From contig JBBQMC010000002.1 in assembly GCA_038328565.1 (NCBI GenBank), positions 1-41,686 on the forward strand: 41,686 nucleotides of DNA, read 5' to 3'. Made by a program: the position numbers and the translations under genes. The DNA comes from Candidatus Limnocylindria bacterium. Its GTDB lineage: Bacteria; Chloroflexota; Limnocylindria; QHBO01. The notes beneath the pieces were generated by a model that searched no databases, was not told the origin of the DNA, and worked only from the letters and a program-made list of their open reading frames with translations. Shown piece after piece: positions 30,324-37,999 of the stretch. How positions within the stretch are numbered: the stretch's first letter is position 1; the number at the start of each line of letters is the position of its first letter.

Positions 30324-31607
30324 ATGACGACCCTCGCTCACCGCGGCGTTGCCCGGCTCGCCCTCGCACCCCTCGCGATCGCGTTGCTCGTGACGGCATG
30401 CGGGACGCCGGCAGGGAGCGGCACCGGCGGCCTGCCTCCTGCTGGCAGCTACGCGGGACACCCCCGCAGCGGCGCTTCCTACGCGAGCGAGCCGGGTTCC
30501 ACGATCCCGCCGCTCGACACCGGCCCGGACGCGCTCGCCCTCGAGTCGTTTGCCTCCGGCCTTGCCGCGCCGACCGGACTGGCGACCGCCGGCGACGGCA
30601 CCGGCACCCTGTACGTCACCGAGAAGGCCGGCCGCGTGCGCGTCGTCAGCGCCAGCGGCGATGTGCGTGACGCCCCGTTCCTGGACATCGCGGACCTCGT
30701 GGACGGGTCCGCATCCGAGCGCGGCCTCCTGGGCCTCGCGTTCCATCCCGACTACGCCACGAACGGGCGCCTCTACGTCGACTACACCGATCGCAACGGC
30801 GACATCCGGGTCATCGAATACACCGCCCGTGACGGCGTCGCCGATCGCTCCACCGCGCGCGGCCTGCTCGACGTTCCCCACCCGGCCACGAACCACAACG
30901 GCGGGCAGCTCGCATTCGGGCCTGACGGCTACCTCTACGTCGGTCTCGGGGACGGTGGCGGCGGCGACCCGGAGGGCAACGCGCGCAACCCGAACGCGCT
31001 GCTCGCCAAGATCCTGCGCCTCGACGTCGACGCGCCGCCGCCCGATGGGCAGCGGTACGCGATCCCCGCGGGGAACCCGTTCGCGCCGGGCGCTGCCCGT
31101 GCGGGCCAGGCAGCGCCCGAGGTCTGGGCGATGGGACTGCGCAACCCGTGGCGCTTCAGCTTCGACGCCACCTGGGGCGACCTCTACATCGCCGACGTCG
31201 GCGCCGGGACGTGGGAGGAGATTGACCGGCAGCCGGGCGACTCGGCGGGTGGCGAGGACTACGGCTGGAACATCATGGAGGGGCGCAGCTGCCTGTCGGA
31301 CCCGAACTGCGACCAGCGTCCCTACGTGAAGCCGATCGCCCAGTACGGCCACGACCAGGGATGCGCCGTGGTCGGCGGGTACGTGTACCGGGGAACGGCG
31401 CAGCCGAAGCTCGACGGCGTGTACGTCTACGCCGACTACTGCTCGGGACGTGTCTTCACGCTCCAGGTGGACGAGGGCACGACCACGCCGAAGCCGGTGC
31501 TCGACTCCGGGCTCGCGATCTCGAGCTTCGGGCAGGCGGAGGATGGCGAGCTCTACCTGACCGATCTCTCCGGTGGCACGATCCAGCACGTGGTCGTCGG
31601 CGGCTGA
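30324..31607 (+). CDS. PQQ-dependent sugar dehydrogenase-like beta-propeller lipoprotein (GSDH / YliI-Asd family)
   Basis: The lipoprotein signal is LAIALLVTAC. Family blocks are ERGLLGLAFHPDY..NG.LYV.YT, HNGGQLAFGPDGYLYVGLGDGG, NP..LLAKILRLDVD, GLRNPWRFSFD and YGWNIMEG. Confidence 0.85.
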   Translation: MTTLAHRGVARLALAPLAIALLVTACGTPAGSGTGGLPPAGSYAGHPRSGASYASEPGSTIPPLDTGPDALALESFASGLAAPTGLATAGDGTGTLYVTEKAGRVRVVSASGDVRDAPFLDIADLVDGSASERGLLGLAFHPDYATNGRLYVDYTDRNGDIRVIEYTARDGVADRSTARGLLDVPHPATNHNGGQLAFGPDGYLYVGLGDGGGGDPEGNARNPNALLAKILRLDVDAPPPDGQRYAIPAGNPFAPGAARAGQAAPEVWAMGLRNPWRFSFDATWGDLYIADVGAGTWEEIDRQPGDSAGGEDYGWNIMEGRSCLSDPNCDQRPYVKPIAQYGHDQGCAVVGGYVYRGTAQPKLDGVYVYADYCSGRVFTLQVDEGTTTPKPVLDSGLAISSFGQAEDGELYLTDLSGGTIQHVVVGG

Positions 31608-32297
31608 TCATCCGCACGCTCCGAGGGCGCTCAGGCTGACCCAGCGGCCGTGTCCGATGACGACGTGGTCGAGGAGGCCGATGTCGAGCAGCGCCCCTGC
31701 GGCCGCGATCTCGCCGGTGATGCGCAGGTCCTCCGTCGAGGGCACCGGGTCGCCGCTCGGGTGGTTGTGGACCACGACGATGCCCGCGGCGCAGCGCCGG
31801 ACGGCATCGGTGAAGAGCTCACCCACCCGCACCGAGGAGCCGGCCAGGTTGCCGACGTAGACCGTTCGCATGGCGCTCACCGCGTTCTTCGTGGTGAGGT
31901 TCAGGACGCGCAGCTCCTCGCGCTCGAGGAGTCCCATCTGCGGCAGCAGGCGCTCCGCGACATCGGCGGGGCTGCGCACGACCCAGCCGTGGCGTGGCCA
32001 GGCGGTCGTCGCTCGGCGTCCGAGCGCGAAGGCGGCGGCGAGGCGGGCGGCGCGCGCCGGGGTGAGGCCGTGGTGCTCGAGCTCCGTGGCCTCCATTCGC
32101 GCCAGGCCTGCCAGCCCGTCGCCGGCCCCGAGGATCCGCCGAGCAACGAGCTGCGCATCCGCTCCACCGAGCGCCGCCGCCACGAGGTCGACCGAGTCGT
32201 CCGAGGCCGGGTCCCCGGGCGGAGCGTCGGGCGAGCCGCGCTGCGCACGACGAAGGAGCGGGATCGGGGCCGGCTCGCGGACGGACATGGCGCCCAT
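31608..32297 (-). CDS. radC: RadC-family JAB/MPN domain protein
   Basis: It has an N-terminal HhH-like region. The C-terminal JAMM core is ...EELRVLNLTTKN...VVVHNHPSGDPVPSTEDLRITGEI. Its stop abuts the convergent dehydrogenase stop with no gap. Confidence 0.85.
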   Translation of the reverse strand: MGAMSVREPAPIPLLRRAQRGSPDAPPGDPASDDSVDLVAAALGGADAQLVARRILGAGDGLAGLARMEATELEHHGLTPARAARLAAAFALGRRATTAWPRHGWVVRSPADVAERLLPQMGLLEREELRVLNLTTKNAVSAMRTVYVGNLAGSSVRVGELFTDAVRRCAAGIVVVHNHPSGDPVPSTEDLRITGEIAAAGALLDIGLLDHVVIGHGRWVSLSALGACG

Positions 32298-32349
32298 GCT
32301 GGCGCCGCCCGCTCATCGGTCCATTAGTCCGCGCTTAGCGCGGCCTCCC

Positions 32350-33291
32350 TCAGGCGAGGGCGACGAGGATCGTGCTGATGGCGTTGAAGGTGGCGTGGAT
32401 GCCGATCACCATCGGCAGGCTCCGCGTGCGCTGGTACGTGATGCCGAGCACGAGCGCCAGGATGAGGATCGGCGGCACGATGAAGATGCCGCCGTCCGGC
32501 ACGTGGATGGCGGTGAACAGGAGCGCCGAACCCCACAGCCCGCGCCGCGGCCCGTACTCGCGCTCCCAGGCGTTGAGCGTGACGCCACGGAAGAAGAGCT
32601 CCTCGGCGATCGGGGCCACGACGGCGACGCCCACGATCCCCACCGCGAACGGGACGTTGCCGAGCAGGTCGACCGCGAGCTGCTGCCCGCCGAGCTGCTG
32701 ACCGAGCTGGCGCAGGACCCACTCCAGCGCGGCGGAGATAAAGAAGACGAAGACCCAGGCCACCGCACCGATGCCGACGCCGGCGGCGAAGCGGCCGACG
32801 GCTCGAAGCCCGTCGACCCAGTGGACGCCGGCCAGCGCCCGCGGCCAGATGACGAAGAGGAGCGCGACGGCGAGGAAGCTCACCGGGGTGAGGAAGAGGA
32901 GGAGCGTGGCGGTCGCGGCGGGCAGCGCCGCGAGGTTCGCGATGGCCTCCGGGTCCATGAGCCCCACCGCACCGCTCACGATGTTGCCGGCCACGAGGAC
33001 GATGAGGAGCAGCACGAAGATCGACGGCCCGCGGTAGCGCTCCGGTGGCAGGAATCGCTTGGCGCGAATGGCGCGTAGGGCGAGGCCAACGAGCCCGAGC
33101 AGGAGGAGCGCGCCGCCGACCGCGGCCATGGCGGTGTACGTGGCGCGACTCGCGCGTGGCGCATCGCCAGAGGCAATGAGTGCGATGCCGATGAAGCCGG
33201 CGACCGTCAGCAGGCCGCCGACGACGAGGGTGACGACGAGGAGCGAGCGTCCCCAGGCCCGCTGGGCAGCCGGGAGCGGCGGGATCCCCAC
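32350..33291 (-). CDS. CPBP-family intramembrane glutamic metalloprotease (CAAX protease / Abi family)
   Basis: Polytopic membrane protein. The motifs are IAEELFFRG (EExxxR), ALLFTAIH (FxxxH) and IGIHATFN (HxxxN). GTG start. Confidence 0.8.
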   Translation of the reverse strand: MGIPPLPAAQRAWGRSLLVVTLVVGGLLTVAGFIGIALIASGDAPRASRATYTAMAAVGGALLLLGLVGLALRAIRAKRFLPPERYRGPSIFVLLLIVLVAGNIVSGAVGLMDPEAIANLAALPAATATLLLFLTPVSFLAVALLFVIWPRALAGVHWVDGLRAVGRFAAGVGIGAVAWVFVFFISAALEWVLRQLGQQLGGQQLAVDLLGNVPFAVGIVGVAVVAPIAEELFFRGVTLNAWEREYGPRRGLWGSALLFTAIHVPDGGIFIVPPILILALVLGITYQRTRSLPMVIGIHATFNAISTILVALA

Positions 33292-33313
33292 CGAGGCTAC
33301 GGGGTGGCGGCGA

Positions 33314-33901
33314 TCAGGAGTTCGATGCGCCGAGCGCGCCCTGCTCGGCCGTCATGTCGCGGCGCCGCGCGCCATCGGCTCGCGTCGCCGTCGCGGCGGC
33401 CGGCGCCTGCGCCGGACGGGCGCCGCGGCCGAACTCGTGACCGCAGTACGCGCAGAGCGGCCAGGTCGGGTCGGCGAGGCGGTTGCAGCTCGGGCAGACG
33501 CGGTGGAGGCGGGTGCGGCAGTTCGGGCAGACGAGCCAATCGGCCTCGACGCGATCGCGGCAGACGGGGCACAGCTCGTTCTTCTCGACCTCGGCGAGGA
33601 GCGACTCCTCGGCGAGCGAGCGCTCGTAGACCTCCGCCATCGTCTCGCGCGGGCGGACGATGAGGTAGAGGATCACGGCGAACACGAAGAGGAGCGGGGT
33701 GAAGAAGATGATGAGCGCGGCCGCGAAGTACGGAAGGATCGGGTTCTCGGTCCGCGCCTGCATATCGCGGAATGCCCAGTACGCGGTCCCCAGCCACAGC
33801 AGCACGACGTAGATGACGATGAGCTGCCCGGCGAGCTGGACGATCGGGTTCGAAATGAAGTCGTCCCAGATCTTGCCCGGATCTGGAAGGCCCTGCGGCA
33901 T
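33314..33901 (-). CDS. Membrane protein with two N-terminal TM helices and a C-terminal double zinc ribbon
   Basis: TM segments are IVQLAGQLIVIYVVLLWLGTAYW and ILPYFAAALIIFFTPLLFVFAVILYLIV. Four CxxC pairs follow: CPVC..CPNC..CPSC..CAYC. Confidence 0.7.
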   Translation of the reverse strand: MPQGLPDPGKIWDDFISNPIVQLAGQLIVIYVVLLWLGTAYWAFRDMQARTENPILPYFAAALIIFFTPLLFVFAVILYLIVRPRETMAEVYERSLAEESLLAEVEKNELCPVCRDRVEADWLVCPNCRTRLHRVCPSCNRLADPTWPLCAYCGHEFGRGARPAQAPAAATATRADGARRRDMTAEQGALGASNS

Positions 33902-33971
33902 GAGCTGTCAGCCTCGATGTGGGGGCCGCTCAGCGGCGGCGCGACGGTCATCCTAGCACGCAGTGGCCAGA

Positions 33972-34553
33972 TCACCCCTCCGCGGGAAGGCCGACCAGCG
34001 TGCTCACCAGGAGCCGATGCTCGACCGCCAGCACCCGCGCCGCGAGCTGCTCCGGCGTCTCGCCGGGCACCACCGGGACCGATCTCTGCGCCACGATCGG
34101 GCCGGCGTCGAGCTCGGACGTGACCTCGTGGATCGTCACCCCCGTCGTCGCGTCGCCGGCCGCCAGCACCGCGGCGTGGACCGCGAGGCCCATCATCCCG
34201 GTCCCGCCGTGGCGCGGCAGGAGGCTGGGATGGATGTTCAGCGTCCTGCCAAGGAAGGTTGCGAAGTAGCCAGGCCGCAGCCGCTGGTCGTAGCCGGCGA
34301 GGACGGCGACTGACACGCCGGCGCCCGTGAGGGCTGCGCCGATCGCGGCGTCGCGCGCATCGGCGTCGCCGTCGAAATCGGAGCGACGAAGCACGGTGGT
34401 TTGGACGCCGTGGCTCGCGGCAACCTCCAGCGCGGGCACGTTCGCGCGGTTGCTGACGACGAGGGCGACGGCGAGCTTCGCATCCAGGATCGCGGCGAGG
34501 TTGCTTCCCCGCCCCGAGACGAGCACGCCGATCCGGAGCGCCTCAGGCGGCAT
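33972..34553 (-). CDS. purN: Phosphoribosylglycinamide formyltransferase
   Basis: RIGVLVSGRGSNL.AI, LAGY and NIHPSLLP...G....H.A.L..G....G.T.H.V....D.GPI..Q. The start is taken at ATG 34551-34553 (MPPEALRIGVL); the track uses a TTG 9 nt upstream. Confidence 0.88.
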   Translation of the reverse strand: MPPEALRIGVLVSGRGSNLAAILDAKLAVALVVSNRANVPALEVAASHGVQTTVLRRSDFDGDADARDAAIGAALTGAGVSVAVLAGYDQRLRPGYFATFLGRTLNIHPSLLPRHGGTGMMGLAVHAAVLAAGDATTGVTIHEVTSELDAGPIVAQRSVPVVPGETPEQLAARVLAVEHRLLVSTLVGLPAEG

Positions 34554-34596
34554 CACGGACAAATTTGCGCGGGACGCACGTTAGACCCGTCCGTGA
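34553..34596 (-). promoter_or_regulatory. 8-bp stem (UCACGGAC ... GUCCGUGA) whose 3' arm ends on the A of the purN AUG; candidate translation-occluding hairpin
   Basis: Plus-strand tcacggac (34553-34560) and gtccgtga (34589-34596) are exact reverse complements separated by 28 nt. No Shine-Dalgarno-like purine run is visible before the purN start. Confidence 0.35.
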
Positions 34597-34673
34597 CACC
34601 GATTTGCGCGATCTCGACGGTCGCTGAGCGTGGGAACAACGCCGCTGAGCATCATCCAGGCCCCGACACGGCC

Positions 34674-34756
34674 TAACGGTCGTGGGGCGCACATCTGTCC
34701 GTGGTTGCGCCCACCACCGCCACATAACGGTCGTGGGGCGCACATCTGTCCGTGGT
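34674..34756. repeat. Two perfect 32-nt direct repeats (TAACGGTCGTGGGGCGCACATCTGTCCGTGGT) separated by 19 nt, in the purM-purN spacer
   Basis: Read directly: copy 1 at 34674-34705, copy 2 at 34725-34756, period 51 nt. A third, degenerate copy lies at about 34568-34596 (CACGGAC-N9-GTGCGTCCC on the minus strand). Confidence 0.9.
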
Positions 34757-34770
34757 CAACGGGCGCGGCG

Positions 34771-35787
34771 TCACGCGAAGCGGACGCGCGGCTCCCCGGC
34801 GTCCAAGGCCACGATCCGGCCGACGACGCGCGTCTCGGGGAGCGCGGCGCAAGCCGCATCGGTCTCGGAGGCAGGAAGGACGCAGGTCAGGCCGATCCCC
34901 AGGTTGAATGTTCGCGCCATCTCCTCGTCGCCGATGTCGCCTGCCGACTGGATGAGGGTGAAGATCGCCGGCACCGGCCACGAGCCGGCGTCCACCTCGA
35001 CCCCCAGCCCGTCCGGCAGCGTGCGCGGGATGTTCTCGATCCAACCGCCCCCGGTGAGGTGGGCGAAGCTCCGCACCCCGACCGCGCGGCGCAGGATCCG
35101 GATCTCGTCGAGGTAGGACCGATGCGGCTCCAGCAGCGCCTCGCCCACGGTCCGCTCCCCGTCCGGCATCGCGCGGCGCCAGGTGTCGGGCGGCAGGACG
35201 CGGCGCGCCAGGCTGTAGCCGTTCGTGTGGAGGCCGGACGACGGCAGGCCGAGCACCGCGTCGCCGGCCTCGACCGTCGAGCCGTCGATGAGGTCCGCCC
35301 GGCCTACGACCCCGACGATGAAGCCGGCGAGGTCGAAGTCGCCGCTCTCGTAGATGCCGGGCAGCTCGGCCGTCTCGCCGCCGACGAGCGCCACGCCGGC
35401 CGCGGCGCACGCGTTGGCGATGCCGGACACGATCTCCGTGACGCGCTCCGCGTTGAGCTTGCCGACGCCGAGGTAGTCGAGGAAGAAGAGCGGATCGGCA
35501 CCGGAGACGGCGATATCGTTGATGCAGTGGTTGACGAGATCGACGCCGATCGTGTCGTACACGCCGAGCGCCTGCGCGACGCGGAGCTTGGTGCCCACGC
35601 CATCGGTCGAGGCGACGAGCACCGGATCGGGGTGCGTGGCCGGGTCGAAGCGGAAGAGCGAGGCGAAGCCGCCGACCCCGCCGAGGACGCTGGAGTTGCC
35701 AGTCGCCGCGGCGGCGGCGGCGATGCGCGGCAGGGCACGGTTCCACTCGTCGATGTCGACGCCGGCCTGGCGGTACGTGCCGCTCAC
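34771..35787 (-). CDS. purM: Phosphoribosylformylglycinamidine cyclo-ligase (AIR synthetase)
   Basis: YRQAGVDID, GGFASLF, LVASTDGVGTKL, IGVDLVNHCINDI and GADPLFFLDY. The GTG at 35785-35787 overlaps the purF stop (GTGA). Confidence 0.92.
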   Translation of the reverse strand: MSGTYRQAGVDIDEWNRALPRIAAAAAATGNSSVLGGVGGFASLFRFDPATHPDPVLVASTDGVGTKLRVAQALGVYDTIGVDLVNHCINDIAVSGADPLFFLDYLGVGKLNAERVTEIVSGIANACAAAGVALVGGETAELPGIYESGDFDLAGFIVGVVGRADLIDGSTVEAGDAVLGLPSSGLHTNGYSLARRVLPPDTWRRAMPDGERTVGEALLEPHRSYLDEIRILRRAVGVRSFAHLTGGGWIENIPRTLPDGLGVEVDAGSWPVPAIFTLIQSAGDIGDEEMARTFNLGIGLTCVLPASETDAACAALPETRVVGRIVALDAGEPRVRFA

Positions 35788-37211
35788 CCCCGCTCCAGCA
35801 CGTACTTGTCGACCTCGAGCGGCACGTCGAGCGGATAGCGGCCCGTGAAGCAGGCCGTGCAGCGTGCCTCGCGGCGGCCGCCCACCGCGGCCAGGAGGCC
35901 CTCCTCGGACAGGTAGCCGAGCGTGTCCGCGCCGATCGCCGCACGGATCTCGTCGAGGTCGTGGTTGGCCGCGATGAGCTGGTCGCGATTGCCCGTGTCG
36001 ACGCCCATGTAGCACGGGTGGCGCATCTGTGGCGAGTGGATCCGGACGTGGACCTCCGCCGCGCCGGCCCGCCGCAGCATGGCGACGATCGGTCCGGTCG
36101 TCGTGCCGCGCACGATCGAGTCATCGACGACGACGACCCGCTTGCCGCGCAGCACCTCCGGCAGCGGGTTGAACTTCATGCGCACCGCCGCGTCGCGGCT
36201 GCGCTGCGCCGGCTGGATGAACGTCCGCCCCACGTAGCGCGACTTGATGAGCCCCTCGCGGTACGGCAGGCCGCTCTCCTCGGCATAGCCGATGGCGGCG
36301 GGGATCGCGGAGTCGGGCACGGGGATGACGAGGTCGGCGTCGGCCGGATGCTCACGCGCCAGGCGCCGCCCCATCTCGAGCCGCGCCTCGTAGAGGAGTC
36401 GCCCGTCGATGACGCTGTCCGGGCGGGCGAGGTAGACGAACTCGAAGACGCAGAGCTTCTCCGTGCGCCCGGCGACGGTGGACCGATGCGAGTGCACGCC
36501 CCCGGCGTCGATGGTGAGGATCTCGCCCGCCTCCACGTCGCGCACGAAGCGCGCGCCGATGGCGTCGAGGGCAGCGGACTCCGACGCCACCGCCCAGCCG
36601 ATCGGATGGCCGTCGGGATCCTCCATCCGCCCGAGCGCCAGCGGCCGGAAGCCGATCGGGTCGCGGGCTGCGACGAGGGCGTCGCCGGCGAGCATCGTGA
36701 ACGTGTAGGCGCCCATGGCGCGGTGGAAGGCGTGCTCGACCCGCGCCGCCCAGGTGCGGCCCGGGGCGTGGGCGATGAGCCGGGCGAGGACCTCGGTGTC
36801 GGACGCGGTCGTGAACTCGATCCCCTGCTCGCCGAGCTCGTCCCGCAGCCAGGTCGCGTTCACGAGGTTGCCGTTGTGGCCGATCATCAGCTCGCCGAGG
36901 TCGCTGTCGACGTAGACCGGCTGGACGTTCGGGAGGGAGTTGCTGCCAGTCGTCGAGTAGCGCGTGTGGCCGATCGCGATGTCCGCGTCGTCGAGCGGGG
37001 CGAGCGTCTCCTCGTCGAACACCGAGCTCACGAGGCCAAGCCGCTTGTGGAGCCGTTGCCGCTGCCCGTCGCTGACGGCTATCCCCGCCGACTCCTGCCC
37101 GCGGTGCTGGAGCGCGTGGAGCGCCAGGTAGGTGAGATGGGCGACGGGCTGGCCCGGCGCGTGGATCCCCACCACGCCGCATTCCTCACGCGGGCCGTGC
37201 GGCTCGTACAT
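35784..37211 (-). CDS. purF: Amidophosphoribosyltransferase
   Basis: MYEPHGPREECGVVGI (propeptide plus catalytic Cys), LQHRGQESAGI, IGHTRYSTTG, HNGNL.N and the PRPP-binding loop VVVVDDSIVRGTT. The 733-aa track ORF is an artefactual N-terminal extension. Confidence 0.92.
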   Translation of the reverse strand: MYEPHGPREECGVVGIHAPGQPVAHLTYLALHALQHRGQESAGIAVSDGQRQRLHKRLGLVSSVFDEETLAPLDDADIAIGHTRYSTTGSNSLPNVQPVYVDSDLGELMIGHNGNLVNATWLRDELGEQGIEFTTASDTEVLARLIAHAPGRTWAARVEHAFHRAMGAYTFTMLAGDALVAARDPIGFRPLALGRMEDPDGHPIGWAVASESAALDAIGARFVRDVEAGEILTIDAGGVHSHRSTVAGRTEKLCVFEFVYLARPDSVIDGRLLYEARLEMGRRLAREHPADADLVIPVPDSAIPAAIGYAEESGLPYREGLIKSRYVGRTFIQPAQRSRDAAVRMKFNPLPEVLRGKRVVVVDDSIVRGTTTGPIVAMLRRAGAAEVHVRIHSPQMRHPCYMGVDTGNRDQLIAANHDLDEIRAAIGADTLGYLSEEGLLAAVGGRREARCTACFTGRYPLDVPLEVDKYVLERG

Positions 37212-37370
37212 CGCGAGTGGCTGCCGCGCCGGCTGCACATCTCCCGCGGTGGCGGGGTCGTGAGGCGGCCGCGGGATCACGGCAGTCAGGCGGGCGCCGG
37301 GGCGTCGAGCACGTGCCGATGATACGCGCCCGCCTTGCGCCGGACCGGCGCGCGCGTGCACGATGCGCGC

Positions 37371-37802
37371 ATGCCGTCCGCTCACCTGCCGCTCCGCATG
37401 ACCGAGCTGCTCGCCGCCGCCCTGGCGGCCACGCTCGGCTGGGTCGGGATCGGCCTCGCCGTCCTCGGCCCGAGCCAGGCGGCGGTCTCGGCGACGCTCG
37501 AGCCGTCGAGTGCGACGGGCGCCACCGACGCGAGCCTCCTCGCGGCCGGCTTCCCGCCGCTCACGCTCCTCACCCTGCTCGCCGCGGGTCTCGGGGTGAC
37601 CCTCGTGGCAATCGGGGCCTGGCTCCACGCCGTGCGCGCCAGTGACGGCGGTCGCTGGCTCATCACGGTTGGCGCGCTGGCGGCCGTGGTCGCGACGCTC
37701 GTCAGCCCGTCCGGGCCGCTCGTCCTGCCCGGCGCGGCGCTGTCGGTGATGGCGGCGGCGATCGGCTGGTCGGCCCCGCGCTGGATGCGCCTCGCCCGCT
37801 GA
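37371..37802 (+). CDS. Small hypothetical polytopic membrane protein (about 143 aa)
   Basis: The frame has strong GC3 bias. There are 3-4 hydrophobic segments (LLAAALAATLGWVGIGLAVL, LTLLTLLAAGLGVTLVAIGAW, LITVGALAAVVATLV, LPGAALSVMAAAIGW). I recognise no family. The start could also be 37398. Confidence 0.5.
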   Translation: MPSAHLPLRMTELLAAALAATLGWVGIGLAVLGPSQAAVSATLEPSSATGATDASLLAAGFPPLTLLTLLAAGLGVTLVAIGAWLHAVRASDGGRWLITVGALAAVVATLVSPSGPLVLPGAALSVMAAAIGWSAPRWMRLAR

Positions 37803-37999
37803 TCTGGCTGCCGGGCTGATCCCGCCGGCATCCATCGGTACGGGGCGAGTACTGCACCAGACCGCCCAGCGGCCATTGGGCGCCGCGGACGCGGTGCGGA
37901 TTCGCACCCGGGTGACCATCGACCCATGGAATCGCGACCCCAGGGCGCAGATGCTTGCCACGGACATCGACCCAGCCCCCATCACCGTCGCGGAGAACC

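Noticed and set aside
34674-34756. Possible mini-CRISPR array (32-nt repeats)
   Set aside because: There are only two perfect copies. The spacer is 19 nt, too short for a CRISPR spacer. No cas genes or leader are present. The repeats sit inside an operon spacer. I treat this as a regulatory or duplicated element instead.
34554-34770. Known purine-related riboswitch (ZTP/pfl, PRPP/ykkC-type, THF) upstream of purN
   Set aside because: I could not find the conserved cores as I recall them (for example the CCGCCUGGGC-type 3' element of ZTP, or GGUCCGAGAG...ACACGGCGGGA of ykkC). Only loose resemblances such as CACGGACGGG are present. An Infernal/Rfam scan is needed before naming any class.
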